Assembly (NCBI GenBank): GCA_965644315.1
Contig: CBFFRQ010000079.1
Location: forward strand, 124,001-188,000
Direction of reading: 5' to 3'
Length of the DNA stretch: 64,000 nucleotides
Source of the DNA: Caecitellus pseudoparvulus
Taxonomy: Eukaryota > Protista > Bigyra: Bicosoecida
Part shown: in pieces, positions 36,501 through 48,170 of the stretch
Layout: the number at the start of each line of letters is the position of its first letter
Position numbering within the stretch: the first letter of the stretch is position 1
Made by a program: the position numbers and the translations under genes
The notes under the pieces: model-generated
The model's database searches: none
What the model saw: only the letters and a program-made list of their open reading frames with translations
Told to the model about the DNA's origin: nothing

Positions 36501-39500
36501 GACTTTGCAGTTCAGGAAGTGGCAGATGCACCTGTTTCTCGGGTTTCAGAGGGCCCAGCTGCGCAGAAGTGACATCGACCACTGAGGCCCAAGGCGACCA
36601 ACCTTCCTTTACTGTGAGGACTTTGGGGCGAAGCTTCACTTCCACTTCCTTGCTCGTCGACACTGACAAGTCACCGGCGCCAGACTTCAAGCTCCTGTCT
36701 GCTGTGGCTGGAGGGACCGAGCAGCTTGCCTTGTCAGGCGACGGCAAGCTCCGCGTTTCCCGACTGCAGGCATCAGAGTTGAATGCTGACAGTGCTAGAA
36801 TTGGAGCGTCAGGACTGACTGTCGTCGATGGGGGAATGCGCGTGGAACGGGGAGGCATGACAGTGGAAGACAGTGGAATATTCGTCCACTCGCGGGCCGG
36901 CTGGTCTGCCGCGCAGCTGCGATCTTCAGTGCCTGACTTCGCGAGCACCCTCCTGAAGCTGGAAACAGCCCAAGCGGCAGTAGATGCAGGCAGCACATCC
37001 AACTTTAACTTCCTGACTGCAACGAACTGGGAGACAACTGCTGTCCCCGATGTCCTTGCCAACGAACAACGGGTACTTGAGGTGCAGGGAGACGGCAGTG
37101 TGCACCTGCTGGGGCAGTCTTCAGGCTTGGAAGTGCACCATGGTGGTGCGACGATTCATGATGGGGGTGCCATTGTTCGAGGGTCCACCTCTTACGCCCT
37201 TCAAGTTCTGGCCGCCTCTCCCTTCTTTTCCGGCAACTTGCTCCTGGTCGATGCCATCCATTCCACTGCAACCATACAAGCTGCTCACCTGCTTCGTGTG
37301 CGAGACGCCACTGGTGATGTGTTCACTGTGCATGGATCTGGCAGCACTGCAGCCTGGAGAGGTCTGCAGGTGCAATCAGGTGGCATCGACGTGGTGGGAG
37401 GCGGCCTGAGGGTGCAAGCTGGAGGTGCCACAGTGGAGGCTGGGGGGTTGTACTCAGACAACATCAGGACTGACTCGCTGCAAGTGGACAGTGGCGGCAT
37501 TGTCTTTGCAGACGGCACCACAAGCAACGATGTTCTTAGCCTTCGCAGCTATGTCACAGGGTCAAGCTATCTTCAGACGCTGTTGCGCATGGAGATTCTG
37601 ACGCCTTCTCCGACCTCCAGCTACATGACTGCGTCCACGGGGTCCAGCATTCGGTTCAGAGTCGGCCCTTACGGGAACACTTACCTTGGCTACTACCATG
37701 CAGTGGACCAACACACACAGGAGTACTCTTCGTTTGAGCTGGATTCCTCAATCCCGGGCTCAGAGGTTGTGCACTGGACTGTGAACAAGGCAGACCTTCG
37801 CATTCGCACCGGCCACGCGACCACGCGAGACGAGTCAACGAACATCGTCGTTGAAACACTTCAGGCGACAGCCGGAGTGGTTAATGGAGGTCATGTGTCA
37901 ATCTTGGCTGCTGATGGCCTTGGGGCGTCAGCCCTTGGAGGGAGCATCGTTCTGAAGCCTGGCAGTGGCACGGCGCCGGGGGAAGACGACGGAGATGTAA
38001 CTCTTCAAGACGACGATGGTGCAGACGTGGCGATCGTGAGGAACTTGGACTTTCTCGTGCGTGAGCGGGTGCGGTCAATCTCCATGGGAGGGTCTATCCA
38101 CATTGAACCAACGGAGCGCGACGGGTCAAGCCCCGGACTTGGCGGAGCTCTCAGCTTGGTGAGTGGCAGGGGGGAAGGCGCAGGCTCAGCCGGAGGGCAC
38201 ATGCTTCTCAGCTCAGGATCTGGGAGTGCTGCAGGAGGAGCAGCCGGCGAAATCAGCATATTGGGAGGAGATGCGGCAGGGTCATCTGCGTTGGGCGCAG
38301 CCGGAGGCAGTGTCCGCATTCAGGCAGGCGCAGGTCAAGGAGACACCGGCCCATTCGACGGCAGCACTGGAACAAGCGGCAATGTTGCCATTGTAGCAGG
38401 CAGTGGATTGGCTCAATCAAGTGGAGGGAACATTTTCCTGTCTGCTGGAGACGGGGCTTCAGCCCCGGGTGGCAGCATTGTCCTTGCACCGGGAACGGGT
38501 GCATCGCATGGCGGCATCGACCTCATGTCATCGACGGCAACCAAAGCGTTGGAAATCCCTCCCTCTTCTGTGGAGGTGCGAATCAACTCTGTGCTGGCAA
38601 CTATCGATCCCGGCCAGAGTCTTTCGGTTGAGCCAATGGCAGCTGGGAGCGGCGTCACGGGCGGGGACCTGAACCTGCACGGCGGCGACTCCGACGATCA
38701 ACCCGCTGGGAACTTGGTGCTATCCGCCGGACACAGTAAAGGTTCTGTTAACCACGGGAGGGTGCTGATTTCTGGCGGGGGGAGCGCAGCAAGCCAGCTT
38801 GAGATGCCGGCAGCATCATCGGACGTTGAAATTCGACAGCGTCTGAGTTCTATCCAGGCAGCGGCAAACATGGTCATTTCACCAAAAGATGCAACGTCAG
38901 GGAATGGTGGAAGTCTTACTCTCCAAGCTGGAACTGATGATGGGAGCAGTGTGGGTGGCCTTCTAAGCCTCCAAGGTGGATCCAGTGCAGGGGGAACCGG
39001 TGGGGGAATAACAATGACAAGCGGGGAGGCTCCAAGCTCCGCCATGCAAATCCTGGGAGGCGATACATCGGTATCTATTCGAGGAACCATTAACACTATT
39101 GCTCCTGGAGATTCCCTGATCATCGCGCCCACAGCAGCCACAGGCTCAGCTGCAGGCGGTGCCGTCTCCATCACAGCCGGTGGCGCAGACTCCGGCGCTG
39201 CAGGCACACTCGCCCTCGCAGGTGGTGACAGCACATCTGGCGCCGATGGCGCCGTCACCATCACTGGCGGCGGTGCGGCCAATGTCGGCCTGCAGATCAA
39301 CGGTGGTGAGAGCACTGTGCGTGTGCATGACACCGTGGACACCATCACAGCAGTGGACCTGACACTGCAGAGTGGCAGTGATGAGGTCATCATCAATGAC
39401 GCCCTGCGAGTGAGCACCATCCAGACGGCGGCAGGTGACATGACCATCAACTCGGCGGGCGGCACACTGCATGTCGTGGACACGCTGGAGGTGCAGGGCA

Positions 39501-42500
39501 CCATCCAGACGACCGCCGGTGTGGACATCACCCTCGCGCCGGGCGCGGGAGGCAAGGTCATCGCGAGCAATGAGCTGGAGGTGGCGGCTGCAATCACGAC
39601 GTCGGCAGGCGACATGACCATCAACTCGGCGGGCGGCACGCTGCATGTCGTGGACACGCTGGAGGTGCAGGGCACCATCCAGACGGCCGCCGGTGTGGAC
39701 ATCACCCTCGCGCCGGGCGTGGGAGGCAAGGTCATCGCGAGCAATGAGCTGGAGGTGGCGGCTGCAATCACGACGTCGGCAGGCGACATGACCATCAACT
39801 CGGCGGGCGGCACACTGCATGTCGTGGACACGCTGGAGGTGCAGGGCACCATCCAGACGGCCGCCGGTGTGGACATGATCATCGCGCCCACAGCAGCCAC
39901 AGACCCAGCTGCAGGCGGCGCCGTCTCCATCACAGCCGGTGGCGCAGACTCCGGCGCTGCAGGCACACTCGCCCTCGCAGGTGGTGACAGCACATCTGGC
40001 GCCGATGGCGCCGTCACCATCACTGGCGGCGGTGCGGCCAATGTCGGCCTGCAGATCTCCGGCGGTGAGAGCATTGTGCGTGTGCATGACACCGTGGACA
40101 CCATCACAGCAGTGGACCTGACACTGCAGAGCGGCAGTGACGAGGTCATCATCAATGACGCCCTGCGAGTGAGCACCATCCAGACGGCGGCAGGCGACAT
40201 GACCATCAACTCGGCGGGCGGCACACTGCATGTCGTGGACACGCTGGAGGTGCAGGGCACCATCCAGACGGCCGCCGGTGTGGACATCACCCTCGCGCCG
40301 GGCGCGGGAGGCAAGGTCATCGCGAGCAATGAGCTGGAGGTGGCGGCTGCAATCACGACGTCGGCAGGCGACATGACCATCAACTCGGCGGGCGGCACGC
40401 TGCATGTCGCGGACACGCTGGAGGTGCAGGGCACCATCCAGACGGCCGCCGGTGTGGACATGGTCATCGCGCCCACAGCAGCCACAGGCTCAGCTGCAGG
40501 CGGCGCCGTGTCCATCACAGCCGGTGGCGCAGACTCCGGCGCTGCAGGCACACTCGCCCTCGCAGGTGGCGACAGCACATCTGGCACCCATGGCGCCGTC
40601 ACCATCACTGGCGGCGGTGCAGCCAATGTCGGCCTGCAGATCAACGGTGGTGAGAGCACTGTGCGTGTGCATGACATCGTGGACACCATCACAGCAGTGG
40701 ACCTGACACTGCAGAGCGGCAGTGATGAGGTCATCATCAATGACGACCTGCGAGTGAGCACCATCCAGACCGCGGCAGGCGACATGACCATCAACTCGGC
40801 GGGCGGCACGCTGCATGTCGCGGACACGCTGGAGGTGCAGGGCACCATCCAGACGGCGGCAGGCGACATGACCATCAACTCGCGCCGGGCGCGCGACGCA
40901 AGGTCATGTCGCGAGCAATGAGCTGGAGGTGCAGGGCACCATCCAGACGGCGGCAGGCGACATGACCATCAACTCGGCGGGCGGCACGCTGCATGTCGCG
41001 GACACGCTGGAGGTGGAGGGCACCATCCAGACGGCCGCCGGTGTGGACATGGTCATCGCGCCCACAGCAGCCACAGACCCAGCTGCAGGCGGCGCCGTCT
41101 CCATCACAGCCGGTGGCGCAGACTCCACCGCTGCAGGCACACTCGCCCTCGCAGGTGGTGACAGCACATCTGGCGCCGATGGCGCCGTCACCATCACTGG
41201 CGGCGGTGCGGCCAATGTCGGCCTGCAGATCTCCGGCGGTGAGAGCATTGTGCGTGTGCATGACATCGTGGACACCATCACAGCAGTGGACCTGACACTG
41301 CAGAGTGGCAGTGACGAGGTCATCATCAATGACGATCTGCGAGTGAGCACCATCCAGACGGCGGCAGGCGACATGACCATCAACTCGGCGGGCGGCACGC
41401 TGCATGTCGTGGACACGCTGGAGGTGCAGGGCACCATCCAGACGGCCGCCGGTGTGGACATCACCCTCGCGCCGGGCGCGGGAGGCAAGGTCATCGCGAG
41501 CAATGAGCTGGAGGTGGCGGCTGCAATCACGACGTCGGCAGGCGACATGACCATCAACTCGGCGGGCGGCACGCTGCATGTCGTGGACACGCTGGAGGTG
41601 CAGGGCACCATCCAGACGGCCGCCGGTGTGGACATCACCCTCGCGCCGGGCGCGGGAGGCAAGGTCATTGCGAGCAATGAGCTGGAGGTGGCGGCTGCAA
41701 TCACGACGTCGGCAGGCGACATGACCATCAACTCGGCGGGCGGCACGCTGCATGTCGTGGACACGCTGGAGGTGCAGGGCACCATCCAGACGGCCGCCGG
41801 TGTGGACATCACCCTCGCGCCGGGCGCGGGAGGCAAGGTCATCGCGAGCAATGAGCTGGAGGTGGCGGCTGCAATCACGACATCGGCAGGCGACATGACC
41901 ATCAACTCGGCGGGCGGCACGCTGCATGTCGTGGACACGCTGGAGGTGCAGGGCACCATCCAGACGGCCGCCGGTGTGGACATGATCATCGCGCCCACAG
42001 CAGCCACAGACCCAGCTGCAGGCGGTGCCGTCTCCATCACAGCCGGTGGCGCAGACTCCGGCGCTGCAGGCACACTCGCCCTCGCAGGTGGTGACAGCAC
42101 ATCTGGCGCCGATGGCGCCGTCACCATCACTGGCGGCGGTGCGGCCAATGTCGGCCTGCAGATCAACGGTGGTGAGAGCACTGTGCGTGTGCATGACACC
42201 GTGGACACCATCACAGCAGTGGACCTGACACTGCAGAGTGGCAGTGATGAGGTCATCATCAATGACGCCCTGCGAGTGAGCACCATCCAGACGGCGGCAG
42301 GCGACATGACCATCAACTCGGCGGGCGGCACGCTGCATGTCGTGGACACGCTGGAGGTGCAGGGCACCATCCAGACGGCCGCCGGTGTGGACATCACCCT
42401 CGCGCCGGGCGCGGGAGGCAAGGTCATCGCGAGCAATGAGCTGGAGGTGGCGGCTGCAATCACGACGTCGGCAGGCGACATAACCATCAACTCGGCGGGC

Positions 42501-43655
42501 GGCACACTGCATGTCGTGGACACGCTGGAGGTGCAGGGCACCATCCAGACGGCCGCCGGTGTGGACATGATCATCGCGTCCACAGCAGCCACAGGCTCAG
42601 CTGCAGGCGGTGCCGTCTCCATCACAGCCGGTGGCGCAGACTCCGGCGCTGCAGGCACACTCGCCCTCGCAGGTGGTGACAGCACATCTGGCGCCGATGG
42701 CGCCGTCACCATCACTGGCGGCGGTGCGGCCAATGTCGGCCTGCAGATCAACGGTGGTGAGAGCACTGTGCGTGTGCATGACACCGTGGACACCATCACA
42801 GCAGTGGACCTGACACTGCAGAGTGGCAGTGATGAGGTCATCATCAATGACGCCCTGCGAGTGAGCACCATCCAGACGGCGGCAGGCGACATGACCATCA
42901 ACTCGGCGGGCGGCACACTGCATGTCGTGGACACGCTGGAGGTGCAGGGCACCATCCAGACGGCCGCCGGTGTGGACATCACCCTCGCGCCGGGCGCGGG
43001 AGGCAAGGTCATCGCGAGCAATGAGCTGGAGGTGGCGGCTGCAATCACGACGTCGGCAGGCGACATGACCATCAACTCGGCGGGCGGCACGCTGCATGTC
43101 GTGGACACGCTGGAGGTGCAGGGCACCATCCAGACGGCCGCCGGTGTGGACATCACCCTCGCGCCGGGCGCGGGAGGCAAGGTCATCGCGAGCAATGAGC
43201 TGGAGGTGGCGGCTGCAATCACGACGTCGGCAGGCGACATGACCATCAACTCGGCGGGCGGCACGCTGCATGTCGATGATGATGTGTTGGTTAGTGGTAC
43301 GGTCGCCGGTAGGTCTCCTACTACCTCCAGTGTGTCTACATCTTCGACGCTAGGAGTTGCCGAGAGCGGAGGCTACTTTGGCTTCTCCCCTTCTGGAGCT
43401 ATAACTGTCACGCTGCCTACGACTCTAGCAGGGACAAAGTTTATCATTTGTTGCGAGGTGTGCACGAGCTCAGACACAGTGCAGCTGTCGCCAGTTCCTG
43501 TCGGGTTTGTGGTGTCTGGCTCTGCGGGTGCTAGTCCGACGATGAGAAGCCTGGCAACTCACCCGAAGTTCGCGGAGTCTGGCACCTGCGCGGAGATTGT
43601 GTATGATGGGACATCTTACCGCATTTTGCATGCAATAGGTCTGTTTGAAACTTGA
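33540..43655 (+). CDS. giant secreted protein: mastigoneme-type (SIG1/Ocm1-like) EGF region plus Gly-rich beta-repeat fibre and C-terminal knob; one frameshift at ~40880-40925
   Basis: Signal peptide; CPGMCSGHGTC, TCRFGHAWFD, ECSRAGTCNRMTGQCVC, WD..C.CD.G..GPDCSLHACPRARDPL, CAGRGLCSSGSGRCTCFSGFRGPSC; introns 33763-33832 and 33995-34079; the same repeats continue in ORF 40929-43655. Confidence 0.8.
39118..43275 (+). repeat. coding tandem repeat array built from three modules (A ~106 aa x6; B and C 29 aa each, BC unit 174 bp)
   Basis: B = DMTINSAGGTLHVVDTLEVQGTIQTAAGV, C = DITLAPGAGGKVIASNELEVAAAITTSAG; B starts at 39437 and 39611 (174 bp apart); near-identical at the nucleotide level. Confidence 0.95.
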
Positions 43656-43659
43656 AAAT

Positions 43660-45440
43660 TCATTGTGGTGCTTGCCCGTGCGACCCATCATCTCCGTGCG
43701 CCTGCTGCGCGTCAAGTGACAGCACGATCCCCGGCTCTGGGCCGCGGGCTTGCAAAGTAGCGGGCCGATGGTGGTCTTCATACCCCCCTTCAATACCTTG
43801 GCGTGGCCTCTTTGCTCCCCCGACTCGGATTCCGGGTGCTGCCAGTGGGATTTGGTGCGCCTCAAACGTGGCACGGTGAACAGAGCCACCCTGTCGAACC
43901 TTGGCAGCCTTTGCTCGCATGAGGGGGAGCCAGATGCGCTTTCTCTCATTACGGAACCAATTTGACACTTGGGTCATCGTCAGGTTTGTTTTGAATGCGA
44001 GTTCCTTCTTCTGTGCTTCCGAGGGATACGGGTCTCCCCAGTGGGGCATGTCTGCCATCCAGAACTTCAAGATGCAAACTTGGTACACTTTCAAGCGGGC
44101 AATGGTCTTCATGATCCGGGCTTTGTCTAAGTATTCTGAGGGCACATCTGGGTGGCAGGTGAATCCAGGAGGCGGGTTGAACCAAGCAGGATCGAAGGCT
44201 TGCCGACGGGAGGCGACACGCTTTGCTCGCCGGGTGCGCTTGTCCTCGGCCTGCTCTGACCCCTGAGTGTAGTCGGAGTGTGCTTCTGTTTGCACGAGCT
44301 GTGTTGGTTGTGTCCATGATTCGGCAGGCTCGACCCTCGTCGCTTGCGAGCTTTGTGAGCCTGCAGTGCCGTATGCTGCAGCAGCGGCAGCAGCAGCAGC
44401 CATGGCGGCAGCTGCGGCCGGACTAGAGTACTCGGCTGAGGGCTGGTAGGCAAGCTGGTAGGCAACCTGGCCGCCTTGCGTTGCAAAAGAAGGGATCATG
44501 GTTGGGAACATCCCGGTGCTGGTGCTAGCAGCAGTGCTTGCGTGGCCCACTTGCTCTGATTTCGACGACGGAAGGCTGCGAGTTGAGTTCGGGATAGTGC
44601 TCGTCTCCTGCGAGGAGGCACGAATTCTGGGAGCTCTTGCACGGCTTCCGGTCCTTTCATTCGTCGTGGAAGGGTATGAGTTCGCATACTGCCAGGCATA
44701 GGCGGCTGACACGGCGCTGCTGTACGCTGCCTGTTGGTAGAGCGCTTGCTGTGCCACACTTGTGTGCTGCTGGAAGTAGGAGTGGCTTGCTTGGGACATT
44801 GGCGGCTGGTACACCGCAGCAGCTTGGGTGTATCCGCTCCCACCACCAGAAGTGTACACCACAGGCTGTGTCCGACCCGTGTGCTCGGTCCAGCTGGTGT
44901 GCATGGGTGCTGACGTGCTTGCAATCGCGCACAGCGCCACGGAAGGCTGCACAGCAGAGAGTGGCATGAGCTGCCCTTCCTCTGGGTGGTTTTGATGCAT
45001 CGCCACATTCGATGCCAAGCTGCTTGCACCCGTGCCCGCCGTGTGCAGCGTTGCTCCAGAGCTCAGTTGTGCGTGGGAAACGCCAACGCTTTGCAGGTGG
45101 TCAACGGCCTCAAGCCCTCCCACCGCTACCACATTGTCGTGACTTGCAGACCGTGGAAAGGCCGTCAGAGAGTACCGTTCAGCGCCTTGTATGTAGGGCT
45201 GCATCTCGTACTCCTCTTCTGTCCGCTCAATTGGCTTCTCTGTGGCGGCATGGTGCGTGTGACTTCCGTGAAGCACTGCACCAGCAGCTTCTTCGAGGCA
45301 GGGCGCTCACCAGCCGCTTCGGCCCCATCAACGTCAGTTATCTCCGGAAGTCCACTCCAAAATTCGTCTTTGTGGCCCTTACTTGCGGCCTTCTCTTGCT
45401 TCCTGGGCGCATCATGGATTGGAGCAGCCTGCGTTGCCAT
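43660..45440 (-). CDS. TALE-class (Homeobox_KN) homeodomain transcription factor
   Basis: ILKFWMADMPHWGDPYPSEAQKKELAFKTNLTMTQVSNWFRNERKRIW; Q/S/A/Y-rich N-terminal region; one intron near 45240-45310. Confidence 0.9.
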
Positions 45441-45745
45441 CCTGCCACTTGCGCAGGTGCGGTGCTGAAAAGGAGTCGTGACTCTGGGAACAGTGACCCT
45501 CGAGTCGATGGTTGCATTGATTCAGCGTTGTGCGGGGTGCGCTTCCAGGTTGGGCACGTCGGTGCGCCAGTTCAGGAGCCTGCAACAAATTGCTCTCTCT
45601 ACGGCACTGCAGCATTCCCGCCGGCCCGTGCAGGAGGCTTGACATAGCCGATACACTGTTAGCCGACATCGGTGCCGAGTCACGGGCCGGCTTCTGGGCT
45701 GAAACCAGCTCCGGGCCTGAGTAGTGTCCAGAACAAGCCTGATTT

Positions 45746-47820
45746 TCAGGCTGTTTGTGCCGCAATGTGAGCCGAGACCCTCTCATAGGTGGAAGGGAAA
45801 GCTGCCTGAAGTTCCGCACGAGTACGCTCAAACTCTGCGTCAAACTCGGCTGCCAGCAGCTCAGGGCATGAAACGATACCAGTGTCCACTTTGAACGCTA
45901 CTCTGACAGAGCCAGCATACGTAAAGAGGCTGAACGTGACTCCCAGGTCTGCTCTGGATGGGGCCCAAAACACTATGTCGTGGGCCTTCGCCCCTGCGAT
46001 TGCCACGTGAGAGGTCGGGCCAGGGACATTCGTCAGCACTCCAGTTGTCTTGGAGGCCAGAAAGTCAGTCAAGAAAGCAGCCAGGCTGCTCGGAAGTGTT
46101 GCGAATGCAACCTTTATCGTCGCCATGACAGCAAAGGCAAGGCCGCTTGCTTTGATCGCTGACATTTCTCGGTGAGCTGTTAGGATTGTATCCACGCCCG
46201 GCAGACCGGTGACGTGGGCACTCGGAGTCAAAGGGACCTGAACCAAGATCAACGAGAAACTATTCTGCATCTTCAAAGGCTCGCCAAGTGGCCTCAGGCT
46301 CACAGGCATGCTTACTCGCATCACGTTGCGCCAGCTGGAACCGCACCCGGGCGTCCGGTCACAAGGACAGGTATCCAAGCCAGTGACCGAATGCTGAGGG
46401 GCGCCTTCGAGCTGCGGAGTAATCCTGGCGGGGAGGGGGGGCGCAGCATCCTGCAGCTCTTCTTCACTGCCTGCAGACTCAACACTCTGCGTTTCCTGTG
46501 TGTCGAGGCCCGATGCCTCGTGCTGGGCAGCCTGCGTGTAGTGTGGATCCTGGGCTACCTTCAGGAGGTACTGGTGAAGCGCTTGGCCCAAAATCCCCAT
46601 GAGCACATCATTGAATGTGACACGTGTTGCAATCGGCCTTTCACTGCTGCCAGGTGGGCCATCTGCTGCTGCGATGACTCCACGCACGGTTCGAAGGTCA
46701 TCCACACTCACTGTATGGGACCAGGCGATTGCCTTGGTCCCGGACATCTCATGGACACCGTGCAATGGTGATCGATCAGGGCAGGCAAAGAGCATTCGAG
46801 CAGCCTCCGCTCCTGCAAGCACTGCGCCGCGGCACACGTAGTCAAGCCAGCACAGCGCCCGGCCACCAGGAAGGACCCGAGGTGCCAATGGCGGCATACT
46901 CGACAGCACAGTTGCCGTTGCCGCTGGGAAAGGAGCATGAGCTGAGTCGCTAGGGGTACTCTGACCGCTTGGTGAAGCAAGGGCCGCCAGGGGCACTTGC
47001 TGGTCTGCCAACGATTCGAGAAGGAGTCTGACCAAGCAAACGCCATCTGCCATTGCGTGGTGGATGCGAAACACCAGTGCCGAATGCATCTGCCGCCCCC
47101 GCGAGCTGAAGAGGGGGATAAAGTGCATCTGCCATGGAGAGCGGTCAAGTGGAAGGGCTTCTGACATGAGCTGGGCCGCATAATCTTGCACTTCGCGGTG
47201 CGTCCAAATCTGCTCGGTAGGCTTCCCATCTGACGCCTCTCCGCAAGTGTGCTCCTCTGAGGCTTCGGCCCCAGGCGCATTTGCAAGGAACACATGTTCG
47301 TCAATGTTAAAATCATCGTAGTCTTCGAAGTACCACTTGGACCCGACTTTGGACATGCGCTGAGAGAACCGTGGGTACTGGGCAACCCACCGCTCACTCA
47401 CAGCTTCCTTCAGCGCTGACAAAGCGAAGGGGTCCAACTCAATCATGCACTCAATGACCATGTGGTTGTTTTTCCCCCAAGCGTCGGGCTCGGAGCCTGC
47501 CCAGATTGCGTCTTGGCCTCCCATGAGCTCTGCCCCTGCCGGGAGCCGCTTGCAGCAACAGAAGCTGCACAGGGTTGCCAGCCATTGGATTGCCCACGCC
47601 AGGAACAGGATGGGAGACAGCGCAAGCTGGACTGGCATCAAAATAAGACCTAAGAGCACAAACTCTACATCGTAGACAGGAGGCCGGCATGAACAGGCTG
47701 CCCTGAGAAAGCGAGGCCGGAGAAGGTCGTATCCAGAGCCGACGTCAAGTGGCACTCGGGATCTTGTCGAGATCGTAAACCTTGTGAGTACCAACGCCAG
47801 GCGAGGCTAAACACATACAT
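45746..47820 (-). CDS. wax ester synthase / acyl-CoA:diacylglycerol acyltransferase (WS/DGAT)
   Basis: YPRFSQR, LPLDRSPWQMH, catalytic RIHHAMADG, TFNDVLM, VLTNVPGP, FTYAGSV; the 5' exon is tentative. Confidence 0.92.
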
Positions 47821-48170
47821 GGTTCTTTACTTCCGGCTTTGAATCCGTCAGAGCGATTCCTTAAGCCTAGAGACGGTGCTGCCAGGTGTCAAGGCGTGTT
47901 GAGCCAGGCCTCAAACTCCGCACACCTTCAAGCTGCCCACGAACGTGCCACACGGCGAGCAAATGGCGACGCAAGGCAAAAGACTGCTTGGTTCCTTGTT
48001 TTTGTACTGTGCGATGCCCATGCCTTGCAAGTTCGGCCAGGGTTGATCGGGGGGTGGACGCACTCTCAGGGACTGGATGAGGGACCGATCGGCATGTCAA
48101 AAACTACCTGCAGCGAATCATACATGTAGAGTGCATGTTGCCTGGGTGCATCAAGATCGGCCTGAATGTC

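Noticed and set aside
38698-43271. Long antisense ORFs (726, 786, 545, 419 aa) over the repeat array
   Set aside because: Shadow frames of a GC-rich, stop-poor coding repeat
39118-43275. CRISPR-like or satellite interpretation of the array
   Set aside because: No unique spacers; units are multiples of 3 and in-frame coding; eukaryotic context
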